From Vicugna vicugna (lineage: Eukaryota), in the NCBI GenBank assembly GCA_013265495.1, contig MU058844.1, positions 7,811,260 to 7,875,259 of the forward strand: a DNA stretch of 64,000 bases. The letters run 5' to 3'. The position numbers and the translations under genes were made by a program. The notes below the pieces were generated by a model that was not told the DNA's origin, searched no databases, and saw nothing but the letters and a program-made list of their open reading frames with translations. Below are positions 53,361 through 64,000 of this stretch, piece after piece. The number at the start of each line of letters is the position of its first letter. Within the stretch, counting starts at the first letter, position 1.

Positions 53361-53936
53361 AGACGAATCAGGAAGTTTTTGTTACATCCTTCTTAATTGC
53401 CTCAAAGAATTTATGTAAGAGCCTGTTCTGGAAGAGAGCTATTGCCAGAAATATCTGGAAAGAATATGGGCTAGGTGTGGTGGGACAACTCAGCAGGGCC
53501 TAGAATCCAAGTCCACCTGTGTCCCATTGTCTCTGCAGGGCCCAGCAAACAACTGTTTACCAAAAATTTGCTTTTCTATCTCAGTGTGAAGTGCCTTTAT
53601 CCCCTTTGAAGTCCCAAACCACTGCCCCCAATATCCTCTTTAGTCTTTAGCTGAAGATGGTATTCAAGGTGAGGATTTTGGTCATTTTTAGGGGTACTCA
53701 GTTTTCTTGGGTTTCTCCCATGCATACATATTGTTAGATTTTTTTTCTCCTATTAATGTGTCTCATGTAAATTTAATTCTAAAACCAGCCAGAAGAACTT
53801 AAAAAGAAAAAAAAAAACACCTTCCTCACCAACACTTAGACATTTATACACAGTAGAAGTTTAATAAGTGCTCAATAGTCTCTCTGATGGAAACTACTGA
53901 TTTCCCCTAGTATCAGCTCTTTTAAAGTATCTTAGG

Positions 53937-54135
53937 TTATGGTTCTCAATATTTGATGTGCAAATTAATCACCCGATCTTATTTTAAATAGGTATCTTTG
54001 TCCAAATCCTGGAGATCTTATTTTAGTAAATATGTGTAGTAAACAAAAACATGTATGTAGGAGTAGAAGTCCTGAACGGGCATGGGGCCAGATGAGTTGA
54101 ACAGAGGTGGCTCAGAAACTGGATTTGAGGAACAC
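53937..54135. mobile_element. MER5A-like MITE (degraded)
   Basis: tggttctcaatatttgatgtgcaaattaatcacc...tttgaggaacact. Confidence 0.5.
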
Positions 54136-54171
54136 TCCTTATTGGCTTATAGCTCACTATGAGATACACAG

Positions 54172-54555
54172 TGTCACGAAATGAACCGTTTCCCTCCCCT
54201 CCAATTTCATATATTGGAGTCCCAGCTCTCAGTATGGCTGTAGTTGGAAACGGAGCCTCTAAGAAAGCAATTTAAGTTTAAGTGAGGGTCTTGCTCTGAC
54301 AAGATTAATGTCTTTGTAAGAAGAGCCACAGGAAAGGACCTCTCTCTCCATGCACACACCTAGGAAAGGCTATTTTGGGATATAGCAAGAAGGAGGCTGT
54401 CTGTAAGCCAGAAAGGAAGTCCTCAGCAAAAACAGAATCAGCTGGAACCTTGATCTTGGACTTCTACCCTCCAGAACTGCGAGAAAATACCTTTTTTTTT
54501 TTTAAGCCGTCCAGTTTGCGGTGTTTTGTTGTGGCCATCTGAGCAGACTAGTACA
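54172..54555 (+). mobile_element. MaLR LTR (MLT1A-like)
   Basis: tgtc...atttcatatattggagtcccag...ggaaccttgatcttggacttctaccctccagaactgcgagaaaata...gcagactagtaca; flanks cacag/cactg (5-bp TSD, one change). Confidence 0.85.
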
Positions 54556-55404
54556 CACTGTTCTCATCAGACGTTTATCCTGGACCTCTGGGAACCTCTC
54601 CAGCCTCCTTCTCTTAGCTCCTGTAGGCAAATAATCCCCCTCAGACAAGCCTTACTATTCTTCAGTGAACTCATTTATCTACCTATGGTATGTAATACAT
54701 AGAATACAGTTTTTAATACTTCAACTCTGAATAATCAAAAGACACAAAGCTACAGAAATACACAGAAAATCAAGTGGCTGAATCATTCACTCTCATTGTA
54801 GTCTACCTTTTTCTAAGACTTTCCAATTTGATTCAATTGGTACTGAATTTTTATCATATATTAAGCAGAGCTTCTTAACCTAGGATCAATGCATAACTTT
54901 CAAGGACAGTCAAATATTGTTTGTAAAACATTGGGTATATAGACATTTCTCTGGTGAAAGAATCTCTAGGGTGTCCTCTGACAAGATTTCCCTTAAGACA
55001 TAAAAATCTACCTACTTGAACTATAGAATGTGTTTCTCCGGATGTTAGAAGTATGAAGAGCAGTTCCCCTTGCCAACTGAACCTAGTAAAATACTCTTCC
55101 TACAAAATAAAAAAAGTTACCCATATGTTTGGAAGCTTAGGGCTTAACAAAGAGGGAAAAAAATATAAGAAGAGTTTAATAGACTACTTCAAGTCCTGTT
55201 GCCTCCTCAGGTCTTTCCTGACCTCTCCAATTCGAGCGTTGTCATCCTTTTCTCACATTCTCCATCATCCTCTGTCTGTGCTGCCCAGGTGATGCTTATA
55301 CTCTGCAACCAGCTACTGCCGACTTATCTTGCCTAAGCAGACATTCCCTCACCCTTGTAATACACTATGACGTATAGGATGCAGGTTGGAAATCTCGCTA
55401 GAAC

Positions 55405-55886
55405 TGTGAACAAAGTAAAAACAATCTTTGAGAGAAAACCTGCACAATGGCCACAGAGGAGGATTTCCTTTTCAACACAAACACTAAAAAGAAGCAACAA
55501 GCCCAACCTGGAGTCACTTCTGCTAAAACTCACCTAGACATAATATCTAACCCAAGTGCAGTTTTGACCTCTCCCAGGAATGGAATTTTAAATCAATCAG
55601 CCTGGAATTTCCGAGTCAGAGCTAGTGTGGTAATCTGGATGATAAGACTCCCCGAGCTTCCCCCTGAGGAAAGGTGACCCAGCCTGAAGCAATTCTTTTT
55701 TTCATTTTTGTCTCTGTTTGCTAATAACCTCCTTGTCCCGCCCCATTTCCAGGAGGGCCTTCCATTCTGTAACAGCCCCTCGGGGCACCTGTCTGTTTAC
55801 TAGGTGGGTTGCTGCAGGACTCATGAAACACTGAATAAAGCCAATCACATCTTCAAATTTACTCTGTTGAATTTTGTTTTTTAACT
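55405..55886 (+). mobile_element. ERV1-type solo LTR (older, MER4-group-like)
   Basis: U5-like end aataaagccaatcacatcttcaaatttactctgttgaattttgttttttaac; left boundary approximate. Confidence 0.65.
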
Positions 55887-56439
55887 AATACATGTTCTCT
55901 CTGAATTGGACTTAAAGGTACTATTTATAAACTGCAGTGTCTTATCCATACAACAATCGGTACTGTCACAGAAAGAGAGGAGTGAAACAAGGAATATTAT
56001 CTGTCAAATTTAAAGACAGGAAGAAGTTTCCAGAATGATAATATTTAAAAAGCAGTATTTACCTTCTATAACCGAGCTGGCAATGTATTGGTGTACATGT
56101 CATGAATCTGACAATTTGAGGCTACAATAAGGTAAGCTCTAATCAATTAAATTCATAATCAACTGTTCTTAGTAATTGGAAGAAAAGTAAAACATTTAAA
56201 GGAAGCAATATAGAAAAACAATTTTTTAACAGGGAATATCAGCCTGTTCATTTGAAAAGCTGAAAGATAATTTGAGAAAAAGAGTTTGAAGAAGAAATTT
56301 TAAGTCTGCTTTACATAGTACTGATCATAGTGTTTAGCAAACATTTAGGGTGGAGTTCCCAAAGTCAGTTTATAAGAGCAAAAAAGAAAATTGGGCCTAA
56401 AGCAACTTTTTCACATTGAGATTCTTTTAGAAATATTAT

Positions 56440-57028
56440 TGTTGCTGCAGAGTAGGTACTTGTCCTGTTGCAGAAAGAATTCAGAGACAAGACATGGGGG
56501 TCAAGAAAGTAAAGTGAGGATTTATTAAGTGGTAGGACACTCTTAAGGGAAAACTCAGGTGAGAAGCTGCCCTGAGTTTCTTTGGCAAGCTGGTTACATA
56601 GGGTGCAAAAATGAATGTGCAGAATATTCAAAGGAGGGGAAGGGTCTGGGGTCATATTCCCTGATTTCCATTCCAGATCCACCCTCCCAAGGGGAGGGGG
56701 GATTTTTGTCCTTGTTTAGTCTTGGTCAGAAGTATCATGGCATCAGTGCGCTATCGGTACCTCTTACCTGCAAGGCTTATTTTATTGTAATGAGGGCATA
56801 ATGAGCAAAAGGTTAATTTGGATGCCAGAGATTCCCACATTTTCTCACATTTCTTTGCCTCCAGCACACCTGTCACCCCAAAATGTGTGATTTCTTATCA
56901 GTCTGGAGGCTCCTGCTTTCCTCTGTCTTCCCCTAGGACCCCCGTTGTTCACAAGACGTACGGTTTCCTGATAATTTGGCTCGTGTCCCCCTTTCTCTGC
57001 TCCTATCAGCTATCTGTCTGTTCTAACA
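56440..57028 (-). mobile_element. ERV1-type solo LTR with perfect 4-bp TSD (ttat)
   Basis: ttat|tgttgc...tctaaca|ttat; minus-strand AATAAA at 56521-56526. Confidence 0.85.
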
Positions 57029-57517
57029 TTATAACAAAAAACAGAAGAGACTTTATCAAGACACTGAATTAATTAAAGCTGATTCCAATCCAAAATCCTA
57101 AATCAAGTTCATCTGATTTTGCCTCTTAAGGTTTGCAAAAATTTTCAAAAGTAATTTTAAACCATCTTTTGCAACAGAAATTTGCTTAACACTATATGGG
57201 AATATATAGCCCTGATTAATAATCACTGAATGTAAATAAAATCAACTATGCCACAGTAATCATTTTCTGAAGAAAATAAAAAATAATTTTTACAAGTAAT
57301 TAAACATTACATTTAAATTAGTTCATTATCTATAACTATGACAACAAAGTCATCTGGACTGAACCATTCATCTTAATTCTTAAGTCTTCAGTCTGTTTTT
57401 ACTAAAGGGAACTTTACTTAAATTTTTATTAAAAAGCAACTACTAATATCTAAGTTCACTATTTGATATCATTTATATTACTTAGATTTAATTGGAATGT
57501 GAGTGATTACGAATTTA

Positions 57518-57739
57518 CAGCTGACCCTTGAACAATGTCGGGGTTACGAATGCTGACCCTCTGAACAATCTCAAATCTCATGTAATTTATGGTCAACCCT
57601 TGGTATCCACAGTTCCTAAGTATCTTCGATTCAACCAGCCTTGTGTCAGGCAGTACCACAGTATTTATTATGGGGAAAAAAAAATCAGCATATACGTGGA
57701 CCCATGCAGTTCAAACTCATGGTGTTCAAGGGTCAAGTG
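57518..57739. mobile_element. Tigger2-derived MITE (MER8-like)
   Basis: TIRs cagctgacccttgaaca and tgttcaagggtcaagtg; TA on the left, CA (mutated TA) on the right. Confidence 0.85.
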
Positions 57740-58454
57740 CATCCTGTGTTATCAAATCAGTTTTTATTCCCTACAGATTAAATGTCCCTGAAGGACATCT
57801 TGAAAGAAAAAATAATGAGAAAGATGACATAGGACTGATGTAAATGAAAGTTAGATAACACCAGCCTCTTGGAAACAATTCAGATAACTTGGTCTGGGAA
57901 TCACTTGGATTCTCACATAAAATATAAAATTAAGAGAGACATATATGACTAGGAAGCAGCTGTCTGGCAGCCCTAACATTTCAGATGCTTTCAAGATAAG
58001 GAAACCACCCAGTTTCTCATTCTATGTAAATCACAGTGTAGGGCTATCAGTTGGGGCCAGGGTAATCTCTCAAAAAAAAAAAAAAAGAGGTTGACTTCCA
58101 TTTTCAGCAATATGTCAGAGTGGTTATGCTAAGAAATCCTCCCGGTACAGAACACCTAAGAGTAGTGCACAGAATGCTCACTAAACAAACAGACAACCTT
58201 TTAAAAAATTTATTGATGAGCTGGCAGAAAGTAAGGGAAATTCCCTGAAACCAGAATTGTCAATAAAATAAAACCCATTAAGCCCTGAAGCACTAAAACT
58301 GGCATTCCCAAGGATCTGATGTTAACTGAACAAAAGCGGCATTTAGGAGAGCTTTAAAAAAGCTTAGGTCCCTGCAGGTTGGGAAGTCAGAATGGAGAAC
58401 TCCACATAATGCTGGGCACCTGAAAGTCTTTCCACCTTGCAGGATGTGACCAGA

Positions 58455-58775
58455 AATGATATTATAAATTCATCCTAATCCTTCCTCTTCCTGGACACAA
58501 AGGAAGACTGCACTTCCCAGGCTCCTTTGCAGCTGCAGTTTTTACAGGGGGTGTGTGACAGCATTCTGGCCAGCAGGATGTGGGTGGGAGTGATGTTCTC
58601 CATTTCTAGACCCGGCTCTCCTGAGGCCATGTATTCCACATAGTAAAGTTTACAAGTGTGGCAGGACAGCCCACTCCACAGCAGATTTGGCATGAGAGAA
58701 ATAAACCTTCATTCTCTTAAGCCATCGAAATTTGGGGGTTTATTTTTAACTACGCTTAAGTCTAATAATTTTGAT
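58455..58775 (+). mobile_element. MaLR LTR (MLT1H/I/J-like)
   Basis: gactgcacttcccaggctcctttgcag...catgagagaaataaaccttc...ttaagccatcgaaatttggggg. Confidence 0.7.
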
Positions 58776-59468
58776 TATTAAAATAATTGAACCGGGGGAA
58801 AAAAAACTTGCTCCAGGGAGAGAAATAATGGGAACAACTGCCTCAATAGGATACGGTGCTGAAATTAATACTCTCAGGTACTGTGAAGAAAAAAAATGTC
58901 CAAGGGAAAAATTACTTTAGAGTGGCCTCAAATTGTTAGACACCCCAGGTACATTGCAGATGAAATGCAAATTTTCCCTCTGCGGATGTTCAATCTAGGA
59001 TCAAATATTCTCAAAAATACAATGCCAGGATTATATTACAAATGAAAATAAGACACAGAAGGAGACAAGACACCATGCACAAGCAAGCAGAAGCAATCAA
59101 CTGCAGAAGTAGAAATGCAAAAGCTATAAATATTAGGATTATCACAAGGATAACAAAGGTTTCTATTAACAAAATACTATATTAAAATTGTAATTAAACA
59201 GTAATGATGTTTCTAAATTTACCATGTAGATTTGGGAAGAATCAAATGCAATTTCTAGAAATAAAATTGGAGTAACTGAATTTAGAAACTCCAGATTAGA
59301 CACTAATTAAATTCTGAAGAGAGAATAAATAAATTGAAAGATATGAAAATAGTATTTTAGAATATTTAGAATGTAGCACAGCAAAATATATAAAATATAA
59401 AAGAAAGTTTAAGAAAGTCAGAGTCAAGCATTCTAAAAAATGTTTACAAAAGTTGACTCTAGTGATTA

Positions 59469-59872
59469 TGTTAGGTAGTTTAGACAGAAATGAGCACAGG
59501 GCAGGGGGAGAGGAAGGGGAAAGGAACAACCCAGAACACAAGGAACCTGAGCTGTCAATCAACCAGAGCACAAGGAACCTGAGCTGTCAATCAACCAGAG
59601 GACAGGGAACCTGAGTTGTCAATCAGTCGGTCAATTAACAAATCAATCGTGAAACAAGGATATAAAAACAGGAAAAACAAAGGAACGACACCATTTTTTC
59701 TCTCTTGGACTGGCCCGCTCCCATTCTCAGCAGTGTATTATCATTCACTATTTTTTTTTTAGTTTAGTAATAAAAACCTTGCTTATATCACACTTTCTGT
59801 CTCTCGTCAAAAATTTTTTTTTTCAGGTGACTAAGAACTGAGGTAATTCTTATTTTACTTTTCCCAATAACA
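59469..59872 (+). mobile_element. ERV1-type solo LTR with perfect 4-bp TSD (atta) and three 32-bp U3 repeats
   Basis: atta|tgttagg...caataaca|atta; TATAAAA at about 59662; AATAAA at 59769-59774. Confidence 0.85.
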
Positions 59873-60689
59873 ATTAGAAATAGAATCAAACAAATTCTAG
59901 TGATTTAAACCTCTTTGAATTGATTTAACAGCAAAATAGAAATAGTTAAACAGAGAACCAGTAAGCTGGTGGGTACATCAGAAGAAATTATCCCTAATGA
60001 AATTTGGGGGGAAAGATGCAAAATACACATAACTGTGAAAGATTCAGAAAATGTCATGAGGCAGTATAATAAACATTTCACTGGGCTTTCAGAAGAAGAG
60101 CTATAGAGAAGGAGAAGGAATATTCAGACATAATACAAGTTTCCAGAATTGATAAAAGACTGCTATTCTAGATTCAGGAAGCAAAATGCACCCTAAGGGC
60201 AATAAAAATAAATAAATCTACAGGCAGATCCATCCAAAGAAACTGAAAAACACCAAATATGAAAAGAAGATACTAAAAGCCCAACAGAAAAACAGAACCA
60301 CTTACAAAGGACTTACATTTAGGCCAACAAGATATTTCTCAACAATGGGAGGCAGGAGAGTCGGATTAAATCTTCGGGAGAAAACAACTTTCAGTGTGCA
60401 CTCAACTTAACCATATTTCAAGAACTGAGGTGAATGAAAGACATTTGTATACAAAGATTTACTAAGAGTATTACCACCAACAAATGCTCATGAAAGGAAC
60501 TTCTAAAGAATGTACTCCAGAGAGAAAGGAATTGACCCCAGAAAAAAAGCTAAGTTGTAAAAATGACTTGTGAGGGATAGAAAATGGTAAACATACAAAT
60601 AAATCATTAAAAGCTTGATTTTATCAAAGATTAATATCAAAAATGTACAATTGATGGAGTTAAAAACTAATGACAAGGGGGAGCTCTGT

Positions 60690-61912
60690 TTTAAAACAGG
60701 TCAGGACAGGAAAGCACTTCTGCTACAAAACTGGACAAAACCAGATAAATTATAAATATCGCATTTTTAAAGCATCAGAGAACTTTAGAAGCAACAAGCA
60801 ATTTTCCAGAAAGAAGAAAAACTCTTTTCTGTGAGCAAGGCTTTTTCTTTCTTTTCCCTGTGGGCATTTGCTGGTTCCGGGTGCTGGCGGCGTCTCTGAC
60901 TTGACTGGTCTGAACCTCGTTTACAGAAAGGAGAAACTAGCGGAATCTGAGCGATTCTGCAGGATTAGCGCGACGGGCTGGAAGCTGGGAGGTTCCAGAC
61001 ACACAATGGCTCCTCCTCACAGAACATTTGCTAAGTTTTGGTGCGACACAGGAAGCGCGGAAACTAGGCTAAAGGCTTCCCAGAAGGCAAAGTGAAATCT
61101 CCTGAAGTCCTGGGGAAGTGACCTAACTCAGATACACTGGTCTTACCTTCAAGGAATTTGCCCTATTTTGAAGCAATGCAAGCTGGAAGACTGGAGAGCT
61201 GGGCTGACATCTCTGAAGGACAGAGGAGAATTTTCTGCAGTCTTCCAAACTGGAAGAGACAGAGCTACACGACTTAGAATCAAAACCCCACGCAGGCGGG
61301 CAGGGAGCACAGCAAACGTGAGCAGGGGCGTCGCAGAAGTAGGTGGGGTTTAAAATAGGCTGGGTTTCTTAAAATAGAAGAAACCCAGCCCCCACTTCAC
61401 TTAATGTCTGATTGGATTCAGGTGCTTCAACCCTCACTCTATTTACCAAGATAACATAATGTAGAGCCTCCAGAGTTGTAGCACAATGTCCATTATGCAT
61501 TAAGAAACTACTAGAAGTGTGGAGAGGGCAAAAATATGACCAATTCTCATGAGAAAAAGAGAAGAGCCAGATACTGGAGTTAGCAAACAAGGACTTTGAA
61601 AAACCTGTGCTTAATGTTAAAAATAACAGAGAAAAAAAAGAGAGACAAAATAGATCAAAGGATGGAGAATTAAAGAGAGAATTTAAATCTATAAAAGAGA
61701 ATCAAAGGAACATTCTGCAAATGAAAAAAGAAAATATCTGAAGCTAGGAAATTAATAGATGAATTGAGCAGCAGACTGAACACAGCTGAAAATAATGAAC
61801 TAGAACTAGGTTTTAGTTTTCTCAGTGAAGTAGAAATTAGGTTTAAAAAACTGAAGCAAAAAAAAAAATGAGAAAGCACACACCTATAAAAATGTAAAAG
61901 ACTGTGGGACAT
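60690..61912 (+). mobile_element. Second old L1 5' region and start of ORF1
   Basis: ORF1 coiled-coil-like text (aatagatgaattgagcagcagactgaacacagctgaaaa; aagactgtgggaca), cut by the LTR at 61913. Confidence 0.6.
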
Positions 61913-62328
61913 TGTCTCTGTTCAGGGACCCCAGAAAAGCAACTTTGATGAAAAGATTTGCATTTTGGAGATTTATTAGGGAGAGCTCTCCAGAAAAACA
62001 TGGTTAGGGAGCGAAGCGAGACTGAGCAGAGGGAGAAACTGACCTGAAATGCAATTGCAAGAGAGGCCTTAGTCCACCTGTAGAAGTTCTGGAACTGGGC
62101 TAGCTCTTCAGAGAAGCCCCAGGTTAAGGGAAGGAAGCTGGGCATTTTTGCCTCCACCTTTATCTGTCATGGATGCAGCTGCCTCTGGGAAAGAGCCATA
62201 AACTTGGGCAAAGCGGCTCCCTTTGGTCGACGGCCATGCCAAGCAGGGCCTCAGCTGTGAGTTGTTAGCAGTCAACGTTCCTAGCAGCTGGATTCAGCAC
62301 GGGCTGGCTCACCGTATTCTCTGCAACA
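61913..62328 (-). mobile_element. ERVL LTR (LTR16-like), 3' LTR of a minus-strand element
   Basis: tgtctctgttcagggaccccagaaaagca...gatttgca...tttattagggag...ctgcaaca matches the reverse LTR16 pattern. Confidence 0.7.
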
Positions 62329-63913
62329 GACCGCACTTTGTGTGCTTGAATCTACCTGCTTTTATCTAAGTTCACCCACCTGGAAATAACTCCTCCAGGA
62401 TTCTGGTTTATCTCTTTTCCTCTGTAAATTTGCAAGAACAAAGTCAGTGGGTGTTTTACAGTCCTCATAATTGCAACAGTTCCTGGAGATAAAATTCATT
62501 TTCCCTCTCCCCTGCTGATCATTCCAGGCTCCCCTTGGCTAGCACATACACTGGTTTAGGTGTGGGGTAACAGACGTTTATTCTGGGCATCTGTTCACTA
62601 AGTCTTTCTCTGCCAGGGCTGCGGCCCTTATTCATTCACCATCAAAATTGGGCAAAGAAATGACAAAGGACATCCACCTGGGTCATTTGGGGGCTAAATA
62701 TATTCATTATGTAACAGAAGTTCTAGCTTCTCCTTAGGATCAGAGTCAATTACCCATTGCCAATATAGCAACTCCTTTCCTTGTCTGCTGGTCTCTTGGA
62801 ACTAGGAGCTCAAAGTGATTTGGTGGCCACCATATAAAATTTCACAGGACTCTGTGTCCCCTGATAGAAGCATTCCCTCCCTGAGAACCAGGCTTTCTAT
62901 AAGCTTCAGTTGGAGATTCAGTAAATATAAAGTCCCCAAGTGGATCATTGAGAGAGATATAGGTGAGAAACCCCTATTTCTAGTTCTGGGTAATAGTCCA
63001 CCTGTAGAAGTTCTGGAACTGGGCTAGCTCTTCGAAGCCCCAGGTTAAGGGAAGGAAGCTGGGCATTTTTGCCTCCACCTTTATCTGTCATGGATGCAGC
63101 TGCCTCTGGGAAAGAGCCATAAACTTGGGCAAAGCGGCTCCCTTTGGTCGACGGCCATGCCAAGCAGGGCCTCAGCTGTGAGTTGTTAGCAGTCAACGTT
63201 CCTAGCAGCTGGATTCAGCACGGGCTGGCTCACCGTATTCTCTGCAACAGACCGCACTTTGTGTGCTTGAATCTACCTGCTTTTATCTAAGTTCACCCAC
63301 CTGGAAATAACTCCTCCAGGATTCTGGTTTATCTCTTTTCCTCTGTAAATTTGCAAGAACAAAGTCAGTGGGTGTTTTACAGTCCTCATAATTGCAACAG
63401 TTCCTGGAGATAAAATTCATTTTCCCTCTCCCCTGCTGATCATTCCAGGCTCCCCTTGGCTAGCACATACACTGGTTTAGGTGTGGGGTAACAGACGTTC
63501 ATTCTGGGCATCTGTTCACTAAGTCTTTCTCTGCCAGGGCTGCGGCCCTTATTCATTCACCATCAAAATTGGGCAAAGAAATGACAAAGGACATCCACCT
63601 GGGTCATTTGGGGGCTAAATATATTCATTATGTAACAGAAGTTCTAGCTTCTCCTTAGGATCAGAGTCAATTACCCATTGCCAATATAGCAACTCCTTTC
63701 CTTGTCTGCTGGTCTCTTGGAACTAGGAGCTCAAAGTGATTTGGTGGCCACCATATAAAATTTCACAGGACTCTGTGTCCCCTGATAGAAGCATTCCCTC
63801 CCTGAGAACCAGGCTTTCTATAAGCTTCAGTTGGAGATTCAGTAAATATAAAGTCCCCAAGTGGATCATTGAGAGAGATATAGGTGAGAAACCCCTATTT
63901 CTAGTTCTGGGTA
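62070..63913. repeat. About 920-bp tandem duplication (62070-62992 and 62994-63913)
   Basis: Copies differ by a 3-bp indel (cttcagagaag vs cttcgaag) and one substitution (cgtttatt vs cgttcatt); one extra A at the junction. Confidence 0.95.
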
Positions 63914-64000
63914 CTGGTCCTTGCAGTCCAACTCAGGACAGAGTGCTTTTTCATGGTTGCCAGTTAGGGTGTATGCTGTGTCCTGGAGGATGAGGCCCTG
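62329..64000 (-). mobile_element. ERVL internal remnant (ERV3-16A3-like) with degenerate dUTPase-like region, duplicated, continuing past the window end
   Basis: Minus strand of about 62740-62900 gives LVLREGMLLSGDT and WPPNHFELLVPRDQQTRKGVAILA-(frameshift)-VIDSD, matching the ERVL post-integrase dUTPase (LPPGHFGLL...QQAKKGVTVLAGVIDPD). Confidence 0.75.

Larger units (their letters stand above)
45995..53834 (+). mobile_element. Two-LTR non-autonomous ERV1-type element (MER34/MER4-group-like) with nested insertions
   Basis: 5' LTR 45995-46553, PBS 46556-46575, AT-rich ORF-less interior, purine tract before the 3' LTR at 50010, 3' LTR split into 50010-50095 and 53361-53834; flanks cttg/ctta. 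Confidence 0.85.
58090..60680 (+). mobile_element. Ancient L1/HAL1-like 5' region and ORF1 remnant, interrupted by an MLT and an LTR
   Basis: gacttccattttcagcaatatg start; ORF1-like text (ttccagaattgataaaagac...agattcaggaagc...aataaatctaca). Confidence 0.55.

Noticed and set aside
59530..59625. CRISPR-like array
   Set aside because: Head-to-tail 32-bp units without unique spacers, inside a mammalian LTR; no cas genes.
62815..63993. Duplicated ORF MIWWPPYKISQ... as a gene pair
   Set aside because: Antisense reading of the ERVL remnant, present twice only because of the tandem duplication.
1..64000. The 60-164 aa ORFs in the supplied track as genes
   Set aside because: Short, with no recognisable cellular protein; those with meaning are transposon remnants (Tigger1 31409-31594, L1 ORF2 51616-52433) or antisense translations of LTR and L1 sequence.

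Overview
AT-rich mammalian genomic DNA, most likely camelid, inferred from two tRNA-derived Vic-1-like SINEs. It is dominated by interspersed repeats: MIR, L2, old and younger L1, MaLR/MLT, ERV1-type solo LTRs, ERVL/LTR16, Tigger and hAT-Charlie fossils. There is no intact long coding region; the supplied ORFs are chance ORFs or transposon remnants. The window reads like intronic sequence of a large minus-strand gene (a few phase-compatible candidate micro-exons, L1s and LTRs mostly on the + strand), but I cannot name the gene. The most structured object is a 7.8-kb non-coding LTR element at 45995-53834. It has a tRNA-Ser primer-binding site and an apparently perfect 447-bp internal tandem duplication, and its 3' LTR is split by a doubly internally deleted L1 that itself contains a SINE. 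A near-perfect ~920-bp tandem duplication lies in an ERVL remnant at the right end. I see no evidence of a new biological system. Repeat family names come from recalled consensus sequences, not a database search, and boundaries of old repeats are approximate.
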